64,000 nucleotides of DNA, taken from positions 60,348-124,347 of the IMG/VR virus record IMGVR_UViG_3300020180_000010, one strand, 5' to 3'. Each line of letters opens with the position of its first letter. The first letter of the stretch is position 1. Below are positions 1-10,900 of this stretch, one piece after another. This DNA comes from a virus. The notes under the pieces were generated by a model. That model ran no database searches. It was not told the DNA's origin and was given only the letters and a program-made list of their open reading frames with translations. The translations under genes and the position numbers were made by a program.

Positions 1-1
1 T

Positions 2-934
2 AGCGAAATTTAGAGACGCTTGCGCCAGAGGTATATTGGTGGGCGAAAAATCAATCGCCAACTGCGGAACAATATCCGTACTACAGGCTACGCTGGATTG
101 AAGCGCATACAGACTCAATACTAAATCACCTGTCCAGCTTAGATCGCTCGGAGTTACATCGTTTTCAACAGATAAAAGAACTGTTATCTTTTGAATGTTA
201 TTGCTGGTAGCTGCAAATTTCTGCCCAATCTGCGTCACGACATCGTTTCGTGGTAGCTTCCGAAGCTGACGATAGCTCGTTGATATGCCGAGACTATCAA
301 CGTTGTATCCGGGTACTGCTGCTTGTAAGAGCGTGAATAGTGAGCTGTAAGCCGGGTCAATAAAAAAATCTCTGAAAAATAAATTAGGCTCGATGTCCTG
401 GGCTAATGATTTTGCATCCCTGGATACCGAAACCGGTGATGACTCACGAATCAGTACTGTACCGCCTAGATTAAATGATTTATCTTCCGCTCCTAATAAA
501 TCATTAAACAGTATCGAGACTATATGTATATAATGTTTTGATGTTGTTTGTTTTTCATTCTTTTTAAATACAAATGTATCGTATTGAATATTATTATTAA
601 GATCCAATCCTATCACGCATACTTTAACGGTTTTCTTTCCAAAAACAGCAGATCTGCTCAGTTCTACTTCCAGCTGTACTCCGGTTTGAGTATCAGATGG
701 TTGCTTCTGCGTCAGAATGGGTTTCCCATCCAGCAGACCTACGGTGAGGCTTGAGTCGAAAAGAACGGGCTGAGAAAGAACCGCCGGAAGGATTCCGGAA
801 CCAAAATGGTTCTGGATGGTGGCGGAATTAATCTGATCGTTAAAAGTTTGTTCGTCTAGAAGATCATTCGAATCTACCTGTTGTGAATCAAACCACGTAT
901 TTTGAAAAGCTGAAACAGGTAGTCTTTTTGTCAT
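2..934 (-). CDS. Baseplate/tail-fibre-associated structural protein, partial (runs off the left edge)
   Basis: Not in the ORF track. ATG at 934 opens MTKRLPVSAFQNTWFDSQQVDSNDLLDEQTF..., and the frame is still open at the window edge (...LAQASLNFA). The N-terminal F-D-x-Q-x(4)-DL-x(2)-EQ pattern resembles the anchor motif of proteins that follow wedge genes in contractile tails. Confidence 0.7.
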   Translation of the reverse strand, partial: MTKRLPVSAFQNTWFDSQQVDSNDLLDEQTFNDQINSATIQNHFGSGILPAVLSQPVLFDSSLTVGLLDGKPILTQKQPSDTQTGVQLEVELSRSAVFGKKTVKVCVIGLDLNNNIQYDTFVFKKNEKQTTSKHYIHIVSILFNDLLGAEDKSFNLGGTVLIRESSPVSVSRDAKSLAQDIEPNLFFRDFFIDPAYSSLFTLLQAAVPGYNVDSLGISTSYRQLRKLPRNDVVTQIGQKFAATSNNIQKITVLLSVENDVTPSDLSWTGDLVLSLYALQSSVACSTDIVPQLAIDFSPTNIPLAQASLNFA

Positions 935-972
935 GATGGTCTCGGATCAATGCGTCGTGCCGATATTGGATC

Positions 973-3900
973 TTACTTATAGCTAATAAATACTCTAGAA
1001 TTGGCTGGTTTTAAAGTTTTGATCAATGCTTCCAACACCTCCCGTACACGATCGCTATTCCGTACTATATCAAAACTGTCAATAATTCCAAGAGAAAAAT
1101 CAAATAAACCAAAATCTTTATTTTTTAAGAGTGCAAAATCAGTATTTTTTTCAAGTAAACTATCTTGATCTAAAAGATATGTTGTGAAAAGATCCGTCGT
1201 AACGGGATACGCAGCGTTTATATTTTTATTATAATGAACATCAATAGATTCGCCAAACGCCAAATATGTTGGCCTGGCCGTATTGCTGATTCTTAAATTA
1301 TCCAACAAACATCCTGCCATGAATTGACCCGTATGATCCGAACCCACTACAAATTCATTTATCGGATCTCTAAAGTTAATATTTGCTGATATGTTGCCTC
1401 CTCCCACAAAAGACTGACCCAGAACATAATTTTGACCAAATAATAAACCAGAACCGAACAAAATATTACCCCGTTCGAACCCATCCACAAAAAGTCTTAT
1501 CTGGTCTATATTCTTACCTTGATTAAATCGCCAAACCGCTTTAACTCTATGCCAAGTACCCTGTGACCAAAATATCGGAACTTGTATTTTATAATCAGTT
1601 CCGTTCGCACGTACCAAGAAATTTAAAAACCCATAAGGATCCTTAAATATACTTAACCTGTCTCCCTTTAATCCATTCGGAACATACGTTACCGAACATA
1701 GTTCTTCATGCCGTGGTAATGGCCTTTTTAGCTTTATTGTATTTCCCTGTACGGTCCCGCCTCCGGTAAAATAATCCATAACCAAACCATTTTTAGGCTT
1801 GACACTCAGAACATTCGACGCCGTACCCTTGATTTTGACAGTTGTTGAATTAATACTTACGGTCTCTTCTGTCTGGATTCCCGTGGCATCGAAATAAAAA
1901 CGATACGCTGGATCTTTAAATGTATCGATCAGCGGTGATACCCAGAACTCAATCGTCCCGTCTGTCTTTGTATTAAGAATTCCATCATTCTGTACAATAA
2001 ATGGCTTGTCACGAAGCGATAGACTCTGCCCAAATGTTTCATTTGGACTCCTTCCGGCCTGGATAACTCCATGCTTTCGAAATACATAATAATCAGCAGC
2101 ATTGCTGAGAGTCGTTTCATCCAGATGCAACAATACAAGTGTTGTACTGGTTTTGGAAAGCTGTTTTACCTGATTGTATTGCTTAGTAATGTTTCCATTT
2201 ATACTTTCTTTGCCGATCTCGCCGATCCTGGTATCGGTCATGATGATTGATTTTATTTGAATTTCATCAAGAATTGCATTTGCCTGCAATTTACCATTTA
2301 GATCAGATCCGAAATAGATGTTACCATGGACCGGATCCATTCGGATCGGTATGTATGATTCATAATCAAATTCATACTGGCCTTTAGTTAACGCGTATGG
2401 TTGTTTAGGCTGATCCGCTCGTTCAAACGTAAAGAACCCGTTCTGTAGACCTGAACGTTCCGTCGTGACGTTTAGAATCTGATACGTCGCTCCGCTGAAC
2501 GCGCTGATCGTACCATCCACAACTGCTGTTTTTCGATCTTCAGTTACCGACAGTACACGGTAATAACCTGCCGGACCTGCCGTAAAGATTTGAATATAGT
2601 TACCAACATCAATGCTGGAAAAATTACCATTCGGATCCGTAACAGTATTGCCACTTCCGGATAATGTCGTTCCGAGAAATACTTGATAAGAAAAACGAAT
2701 CACCGGAACCAAAGTGCTATTTTCAGCCGTAGTGATACTGTATCGCTCACGCACCGCCACGACACCCGCAGGAATCGCTAAATCAATCGGCTTGACCGTT
2801 ACAGATATTCCCTGTACTGAATTGTATTTATTTACAGTATAGAGATATGTATTACTATTGAAGGTAAGGATCTCGGAAGTCGGTGTGATCCCGACCATTC
2901 CGGAAACTGTAATCGTTACCGGAACTGACCAATCTACATTGGACCCGCTCCAATTTACCTGAAGTGTTCTGCCGGTATCCGACAATACTGGCTGATCCGG
3001 TAGGATTGTACTGGATACGAAGCTTCCAAGATTAACGGTACTGTTATCTGGACCGATAACAGTACTCGCGAGTAGTATTTTAAATATCTTGACATCATCC
3101 AGACTGATCGGCGGAGGAAGTCTCGTAGCCAAAACATTTTGTGTATCTGACCAACAATAATAAGACTGTCGGTTTCGTCTGAAATTCAGACCAAATGATT
3201 TGATCCGTACCAAGTCTCCTTGCTTCCCACCATTCAGCAATACAAGATTCGGCTGTAACGTACCATCGTTCGCCAGTATTCTTTCGATTCGGTAATATGG
3301 TATTATAGCTCTTATGCCGGGAATTTCTTGATCCGTATCCTTATAAAGGTAAAAAAGTAAAGATGTTCCGGTAGGAGGAGGTCTATTCAGTTTCAAATAC
3401 CCAGCCGCGACCTTCGTAACAACATAATGCGGAGCTGCACCGATCGTCTCGATCCGTACCAAATCTCCAACCTCAACTCCAACAATAATGAAATTTGTGG
3501 AACTGGATGCGATATATTCTGAATTCGTAACAACACCATCTGTATTGCTGAAATAAGAATGTAGAAGTGTTACGGCGATATTCTTATAGGCATCAATTTT
3601 GGTGCTAACTGGTATAGTTGTACGGTTTACGCAGTATTGTCCTTGCGTGATGCTGGCAGGCATGACTCCAGATAGAGTTAGTTGATTTCCCGACACCGCA
3701 AGAATCGTATACCCGTTCTGATTGAATCCTGATTCTTCAATAAACAGCGTATCTCCGGGCAGGATCGCGGCAGCACTGAAGCTCTGTCCCGCCAGAACGA
3801 CAGATGTTCCACCGGTTGTAACGAGATCGATTCCCGATATAACGGGTCTCGGAAGAATGCTCGTTATCTCTTCAGGATTGAGTGCTCTGAACTTTCTTCC

Positions 3901-6900
3901 AAAATCAAGAGGGATTCTTTCTCCGTACCGAATAATGTTAGGAGTCTCGAAACCGTCTATAAATAGATGAAGTTCATCTTGTTGGTTTGTTGAATTGAGT
4001 ATCCAGGAAGCAGCGACATGATGCCGTTCATTTCGTTTCCACTGGCTAACATCGGCGCTTACCTGAAATGTACCGCCTTCACGGTCCCGAACCTTGAAAA
4101 CCAAATACCCAGAAGGGTCTTTCAATATTGAAATTCTATTACGGTTGGGATCTTTACCCGCATCCATAACGTAATGATTCTGATCCGCAACGAAGGTTAT
4201 TCCTTGATGAGGATGATTCTGAATATTGAAATATATTACGTTGCTACCGCTGGTAATGCTTGTTGTATTGAGATCCTGGTCTCCCCAAGCTTTAACATCG
4301 AAATATTCACCATTTGTTTGGATTTTGATTTCATAGCTTGAAACGGATGGTGTGCCGAGGGCATCCACAACATCAACGAACCATCTTAAAAATGTTGATG
4401 ATCTTGCGTATCCATCATCATAACCGTCTTCATATCCATCACGAATATTTGTTTCGCGATCAAGATATATATAGACTCCAGGTTTATTTTTGTTAGGAAG
4501 GCCCAGCGGAGAGATTTTTTCTAAATCCGTTCCACGCTTAGAAACTTTAAATGAATTTCCCGATACCAATGTAGGATGGTATTCTCCAGAACCCAAGAAT
4601 ATCTCTGATGGATTTATAATATTTCCATCTTTTTTGATCGTTATGGTGAGTTCAGCATCGTTATCAATTCCGTCCCACTGAGGAATGATCCAAGAAGAAA
4701 ATGTCCCTTCTTCAAGTCTAAGATTTGAAGATTCCGGGAGAGAAATTGTCTGGCCTGGATCATCCATAAGGATTCCATTGCCATATTTACCTTTGACACG
4801 TTTCAATTCACCTGTTGTGGTGATGGGTCCGGGATAGAGGAATGAATTCCCGAGAGACCAATTTTCAAATACGCTTTCATCAAGATCCGGCACTACATGC
4901 GTGATGATCTTAACGATCTGCTTCATCGCTTCAACCGTTGGCCCCTTTATGAAGCTGCTAAAAGCTGCCTGTATGGACTCTCGATACCGCTCTCGATCAA
5001 ATGTATTGTCGAAGACGTTGAGTAACGGGATATCTATCAATGAACCAAAGTTCTTTAACAAAGCATCGCGTAACGCACCTACTCTGTACGTAACATAATA
5101 CTCATCACCCTCGACCAATGCCGTAGAGGTTCGGAAATCTATTTGATTTTCACCATATTCGTAACTTATAATTATTTCATCAGCCAGATACGTATAATCT
5201 ATATATTGATCGCCTCGATTATAATCTAATATAATTCGTGAAAGATCATTAATTGTGAGCGTGGCCTTCACCACGACTCCGTCACCCACGGCAGGACTGT
5301 TGATTCCTGGCAGCTTTAGTTTGACAGGTCTTCCCAGTATAACGGTTCCGGATCCATTCCATAATTCAGCTGAATCGGATATACGGATCACAGAATACGA
5401 AACCGTAATATTGGGAGGGGTTACCGTGAGATTCAAAGGAACCGTTACAATAAGATCTGCACCAGACTGTTCAACCGTCTTGGAAGACGTGATGACTTTG
5501 CTATTTAGCTGGATCTCTTTTTCTGAAAACGTAACAGAATCAGAAAAATTAATCGGATCAGGATTGGTCTGAAGATCATTATATTCAAACAATCCTCTTA
5601 TGAATGAAATATTATTGTTAACCCGTGGATCCAGCACTGCATTTACAAATGCACCGATCCTCCCCGATACAACCTGGTACGGAAGTCTTGTACCGCTCAA
5701 TACATGATATTGTTCATCCGATACATCAAAAGATGCCGGAAGGATACTGTCCTCCCCGAATGACGCATAATCAAATTCTTTGTCTTTCGGATCAAATATA
5801 TTTCTTTGGTAAAACAAAGAAACGGGATTGATTACGTGAGGATAGATAGGATTGATTTGTGAAAGTTTATACGATACAGATCCGATATCAAATGTCTGAG
5901 CCGAACTCACGACAACATAAACAATACCGTTTAGATAATCTATCTGATACTGCCCGATCGTATTGAACCGATTAAGATTGACAGTCAGGTTGATATCTTG
6001 ACTGAAATACATTTCTTTGACAAAGATATTAGTATCGGAGAAATGAACCGATGTATTGATGCTTGAGCCGATACAGTCTTCAGTCGCGGCAATGATATTG
6101 TTATTTTGTAGGGCGATTTTCAGGACTCTCAGCCCGCTTACGTTTAATTCTTGTAGAATAAATAATAATTCATTCAGCTGATCATGATAACTGACTCGTT
6201 CATGTGTGGCACCTTTTAGCTCCGGAGGGGTGCTGGCATTAAAGTATATGACGTCTTGATTCCATCGAACCGGAGTATAGACGAGACCTTTGGTTTCATT
6301 GAAAATTCTAAAAACGTTCGTTACGGGAGCATTCCTGACCTTCACCGCATTGAGTGTCGGAAGAAGTCTATTCTGGACACGTTCCGCCAATGCTTCTTCA
6401 TGCACCGCTGCTGCAAAATCCTGCCCCGGAATCAATGTCTCTTCATACGTGAATGAGATCTTGGCTTCCAGATCAACCAATTCTCTATCTGGTAACGGCG
6501 CCACATCATACGTAGATTCGTCATACACGTAATCAATAAGTGGCTCGAAAGTTCTGAGATAGGTATAGCTCGCCAGTGGAGGTGTGGCTCCGGTACCCTC
6601 GTTACGACTGGTAGCTCCGAATACATAAACAGTTCCGGAAACGTAATCTACACTGTATTCGCCTATTTTTGTCGGAAGTGCTTCAAAAGAAAATGTTAGC
6701 TCGGTTGAAAATGCCGGATGTGTTTTGGTTAATGTTGGAAATTCATTCGCGTCCAGAAACTTTACTCCATTACTGACTGGACTGATTCCGGCATCCGTAA
6801 CGATATGGGAGTTTTTAATATTAAATATCGTAAGTAATGGCTCGATAACCTCACGAACCGTCTTAACAGTTTTAGTTACGGTGACAGAAGAAGAATCTAT

Positions 6901-7902
6901 TATTTTACCTAAATTTTTATATTTATACTTTACTCTTACTTTTGCTACATTTTTTAATGTAAAATATTGTTGTTCAGTAAGTAATTCGGAAAGTTTAAAT
7001 TGATTAGAGTTTAGAGTTAGATATTTAGATGCATGTTCTGTATCGTACCGATCATCCAGTGCCAGATAACCTAATTTACTAATATCATAATCAAAAAAAG
7101 AGTTACCGTTTCCCAGTATATCATTATACAGGAACGTTAATCTTTCAAGCTTAATAACAGGTGAATGTTTCAGAGTAACGATAAAATCATTTATATTGAA
7201 AGTACCTGCGGTATCGGTAGAGCTGAGTGTCAGGTCTTCTTCGGCATTTTCTTGCTGAAGGCTTATTAATGAATCGGAAAATACCGTAGTGATGTTGGCC
7301 AGGACCGGAGATATAGATTTCCTTTTACCAACACGAAGAATTTGATACGCACCTTCTTCATCCAAACGATCAAACGGGCCTGATTCGCGTGTTTTCAGCT
7401 CATCCACAACTAATTTAGTCAGATAATTTTCATTTTTTAGCTGACGAATATCCGCAAGCGCTTTATTAAGAAGTCCAGCCTGACTCTCAATAGCCTGACT
7501 GACAATCGTTCCATCATCAATATCGTAGATCTGTTCCCTCAGCAATGCTTTCATATTTTTAATGAAAGGATTGCTTGAATCTTGAGGAGAGCGTATTAAA
7601 GAGGCATTATTTTTACCGTCTTCGATCAAAAATGCTGTTCCGTTAACATTTTTGAACTTTGAAAGATCGGTAGATATGAATTCTATTTTGTATTCTATCT
7701 CTGGCGTCAGAGGCAAACACAGTATGTCAAGAGTTGAGCCGCTCACCACTACCGATTGAACCATAACCGGTGGTACGGAGGTTATTTGAGGCGTTATTTT
7801 GACGTTCTCAACCAACAAACCTGGCGTGAGGTTATCGCTGAAACTTACCGTAAGTGTCGTGTTGGATAGAACATTAACCTGTTTGAGTCTTAAATTTGCC
7901 AT
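973..7902 (-). CDS. Giant baseplate wedge protein (P2 gpI/T4 gp7-like core) with two LamG/concanavalin-like domains
   Basis: 2309 aa, directly after the J-like gene. Wedge-type motifs RERYRESIQAAFSSFIKGPTVEAMK and C-terminal LIKTLKPANSRVFISY. LamG motifs GTFSSWI, HHVAASW, LFIDG, LDEIQI and GTIEFWV, WHRVKAVW, LFVDG, LDNLRIS. Confidence 0.75.
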   Translation of the reverse strand: MANLRLKQVNVLSNTTLTVSFSDNLTPGLLVENVKITPQITSVPPVMVQSVVVSGSTLDILCLPLTPEIEYKIEFISTDLSKFKNVNGTAFLIEDGKNNASLIRSPQDSSNPFIKNMKALLREQIYDIDDGTIVSQAIESQAGLLNKALADIRQLKNENYLTKLVVDELKTRESGPFDRLDEEGAYQILRVGKRKSISPVLANITTVFSDSLISLQQENAEEDLTLSSTDTAGTFNINDFIVTLKHSPVIKLERLTFLYNDILGNGNSFFDYDISKLGYLALDDRYDTEHASKYLTLNSNQFKLSELLTEQQYFTLKNVAKVRVKYKYKNLGKIIDSSSVTVTKTVKTVREVIEPLLTIFNIKNSHIVTDAGISPVSNGVKFLDANEFPTLTKTHPAFSTELTFSFEALPTKIGEYSVDYVSGTVYVFGATSRNEGTGATPPLASYTYLRTFEPLIDYVYDESTYDVAPLPDRELVDLEAKISFTYEETLIPGQDFAAAVHEEALAERVQNRLLPTLNAVKVRNAPVTNVFRIFNETKGLVYTPVRWNQDVIYFNASTPPELKGATHERVSYHDQLNELLFILQELNVSGLRVLKIALQNNNIIAATEDCIGSSINTSVHFSDTNIFVKEMYFSQDINLTVNLNRFNTIGQYQIDYLNGIVYVVVSSAQTFDIGSVSYKLSQINPIYPHVINPVSLFYQRNIFDPKDKEFDYASFGEDSILPASFDVSDEQYHVLSGTRLPYQVVSGRIGAFVNAVLDPRVNNNISFIRGLFEYNDLQTNPDPINFSDSVTFSEKEIQLNSKVITSSKTVEQSGADLIVTVPLNLTVTPPNITVSYSVIRISDSAELWNGSGTVILGRPVKLKLPGINSPAVGDGVVVKATLTINDLSRIILDYNRGDQYIDYTYLADEIIISYEYGENQIDFRTSTALVEGDEYYVTYRVGALRDALLKNFGSLIDIPLLNVFDNTFDRERYRESIQAAFSSFIKGPTVEAMKQIVKIITHVVPDLDESVFENWSLGNSFLYPGPITTTGELKRVKGKYGNGILMDDPGQTISLPESSNLRLEEGTFSSWIIPQWDGIDNDAELTITIKKDGNIINPSEIFLGSGEYHPTLVSGNSFKVSKRGTDLEKISPLGLPNKNKPGVYIYLDRETNIRDGYEDGYDDGYARSSTFLRWFVDVVDALGTPSVSSYEIKIQTNGEYFDVKAWGDQDLNTTSITSGSNVIYFNIQNHPHQGITFVADQNHYVMDAGKDPNRNRISILKDPSGYLVFKVRDREGGTFQVSADVSQWKRNERHHVAASWILNSTNQQDELHLFIDGFETPNIIRYGERIPLDFGRKFRALNPEEITSILPRPVISGIDLVTTGGTSVVLAGQSFSAAAILPGDTLFIEESGFNQNGYTILAVSGNQLTLSGVMPASITQGQYCVNRTTIPVSTKIDAYKNIAVTLLHSYFSNTDGVVTNSEYIASSSTNFIIVGVEVGDLVRIETIGAAPHYVVTKVAAGYLKLNRPPPTGTSLLFYLYKDTDQEIPGIRAIIPYYRIERILANDGTLQPNLVLLNGGKQGDLVRIKSFGLNFRRNRQSYYCWSDTQNVLATRLPPPISLDDVKIFKILLASTVIGPDNSTVNLGSFVSSTILPDQPVLSDTGRTLQVNWSGSNVDWSVPVTITVSGMVGITPTSEILTFNSNTYLYTVNKYNSVQGISVTVKPIDLAIPAGVVAVRERYSITTAENSTLVPVIRFSYQVFLGTTLSGSGNTVTDPNGNFSSIDVGNYIQIFTAGPAGYYRVLSVTEDRKTAVVDGTISAFSGATYQILNVTTERSGLQNGFFTFERADQPKQPYALTKGQYEFDYESYIPIRMDPVHGNIYFGSDLNGKLQANAILDEIQIKSIIMTDTRIGEIGKESINGNITKQYNQVKQLSKTSTTLVLLHLDETTLSNAADYYVFRKHGVIQAGRSPNETFGQSLSLRDKPFIVQNDGILNTKTDGTIEFWVSPLIDTFKDPAYRFYFDATGIQTEETVSINSTTVKIKGTASNVLSVKPKNGLVMDYFTGGGTVQGNTIKLKRPLPRHEELCSVTYVPNGLKGDRLSIFKDPYGFLNFLVRANGTDYKIQVPIFWSQGTWHRVKAVWRFNQGKNIDQIRLFVDGFERGNILFGSGLLFGQNYVLGQSFVGGGNISANINFRDPINEFVVGSDHTGQFMAGCLLDNLRISNTARPTYLAFGESIDVHYNKNINAAYPVTTDLFTTYLLDQDSLLEKNTDFALLKNKDFGLFDFSLGIIDSFDIVRNSDRVREVLEALIKTLKPANSRVFISYK

Positions 7903-7912
7903 CTAGCTGACC

Positions 7913-10900
7913 TTATCGGCCCTCCAACACAACCGATACATTATTCGCGACAAAGTATTGATTTCTCTGCGCAGTAATGCTCAAAACTTGCCCTGTCTTG
8001 CCTTCTTGATTGAAGGCCGTGACTCTCACCCGATCAACTCCATCTACGGCACCCGCGACATTCACCATATCCGATGCATCCAGAATATCATTTAGTTTAT
8101 TCGTATTGATCGCTACGATCAATCTATCTCGAACATTCTGCGTGACAGTTGTTCCGGCATTGTTAAATTCTGATTTCAATACAATTGCCAACGTAACATT
8201 AATCTTTATTTCAGAAGCCTGTTTAATCAAAACATCTGAATTGATCGGGCGATTCGTTTCAAGGGTCAAAGTAGTGTCGCCGATCAATCTATTATAGTTA
8301 TATCGTACGAGAATTCTTTCATTTAACTTTGGCGCGGTGTAATTGTAAGTAATTAAGTACCTAGAATTAATTGCAGGCTGGTTTGTCTGGCTGACCGTCA
8401 GCAGAGCATTGGAAATGGTCGTGAATCCGCTCGATACAGCTACTTTATTTATTTGAGCAAAATATTTATTTCCATAAACGGTTCCGTTTCTCGTGAAAAA
8501 TAGATCTTCATGATCATTCGGATCCATATAATAAAACGTAACTCTTACTTTATCACCTATATTTGGAAGATTATTAAGATTATTCGTAGTTGCGGGCAAA
8601 CGTACCTTTAACCCACCAAGCGTCTGATCCGTTATGGATTCATTTGAATAATACAGCGCAGTACGTAATTGGTTACCCAGAACATCATAACTCGTCAGGA
8701 CATCCGTTACTTCCGCCCCAATCACCTCGACTCGTTCCATCTTGACTACCCTGACAATCCCGTAACGGCTACTCAGAGTATCGTTGGAGGTCAAGGAGAG
8801 TGCGGTTCTCAATGCCTCTCCTAGATCCTGAACCAATCCAGAGTCATTGATGGTAAATATAATATCTTTAGCTTTGGTAATGGTGGTGCCGGTAAATGTC
8901 ACGACTCCTTCATTATTTATCTGATCTGATAACGATACCGCGAGTCTCGTTACGGATTGTTTCAATGAAGCCGTACTGAAGTACACCACTAGTACTTTTT
9001 CGTTACCAATGAGCGTTTCCTGAACCGCGTCTGAAAAAGTTAATATGTTTCCGACTACCGTTATATTGGGATCGCTCAGTTCGGAAGCATCGGCAAGATT
9101 CATTACGAATATCTGATTCAGATCTATATTTGATGGAATAGTAAGGCCCGTGAGGATAAACTTACCTGAAGGAGCCAACGTCACATCGGCAATTTCTTTC
9201 GAAATAACATTGCATGCAAACGTAGAAGGCTGGAATCTGGAAAGATCACGTACCTGGTACGTCACCATTACCGATTCATCAACAGTCAAACCTACCTGAC
9301 TAAGATTCAGAATATAGTTAAGATCTGTATCCGTACTAACGGTCCCGGCTCCGTTCCATAATTCTGTCCCGTCAAGTTTGGCTGCCGATACAACATTCGA
9401 GGCTATCAATTCATATTCAGCGCTGGAAAGATCAAGCTTTAAATAATATTGACCTCCAGACGAAAGTGCAATTTTTGCGTGTTGTGATTCAATCAAACAA
9501 GCTGGATTGGATCGGTTACGTACGGTAACCTGATTATGATCATATCCATTACCTTTTCTGATCGCCGGAAGTTCATTCAGTCGGAATGAGAAAAGATCTG
9601 ATATTTCAGCAATATAATTAACTTTTGCCGTAAAAACATTGGGCCCGGAAGGATAATTCTGAACCGGTATCGTAATTAGATTATTATTCAGATTCCCTGT
9701 CAAACCATTTACGATAAATATGTCCTGAACACCGTACGTAACCTGAACGGTCTGACCAGCCTGGGCCGAGGTATCGGTCGGAAGAACCACCGTAACGTCA
9801 TAGAAGATACCGAAACCCGTAACGACTTTGGTGCTCTGAACGCTCCCATCGTTTTGACTGGTTTGGTAAAGTTCTTTTGAAGTATTGAAGATCTTGACCG
9901 AACTAACGGTTTCAAGAGGCATCAATAGCCCCGTCAGGATCACGACTAGTTTTCCTAGATAAACACCGCTCGTTGCGACGGTTACGGTACTGGTTCCGGA
10001 TGAAAAGGCATTTACCGAAATAACCGATGTGATCGGATGGATGGCAGTGCCGCTATAAAATGTTCCGGATGTATTTTTAGTAAAGACTACCGATTCATCC
10101 CTTACAGCATTGCTGAATCCCCAATCCACGCTATCCTGTACGGTTCTTGGATTGGTACGGGTAAATCTTCCGTCATAGTCAACATATGGATCGTATTGTA
10201 CGATCCAAGTATAATCTACCTGAAGGATATCGCTCGGCGAAGGTAGTGTATTTCCAGAAATTTGGATTCTTCCGAGTGTATTGATGGTTCCGGTACCGTT
10301 TAGATTCTGATTCGTTACAGTATAACGTTCTCCCGTCGTGACGTTGAAAACCCTCGTTACACCGGTACATGGAGTATGAAGAAGTGTAATAACAGAACGG
10401 TCCGTCGTGAGTACGGTGCTGTTTTCATTAGTAATTAGAAGATTTTGCTGTAATGCGGGAATCGTCAATACGTCTGTAAACGTAACATTATCCTGACCGT
10501 TGTATTTTCCTTTTACTCTATCTTCCGGAAGATCAGATATCTTATCACTAATCCATACAAATTTATCAAAACCCCAAGGGCTACCCGAATATACACCGGT
10601 ATCCTTAATTAACTCATAATTACCCTGAACTCTACCTAATGAATCAATTGTTTTTTCTTTAAAATTAGATCCGCTTAATGAACCCGTCACTTCCACAATT
10701 TGTTGAGCTGGTTGTGCCGGGAGGGTCTTGGCAGCAATATTATCAATTCTTTTACGATTTACTGTTTTGTTCTCATCACCAACAATTTGACCCAAAACAA
10801 AGTTATTTTTTATATCAGTCGGGTCTCCGCGATTGCTGGCATCACGATAGATAAAGCTATCTACCTGTTCAGCGAGTCTTGTCCCCAGGATAATAATATC

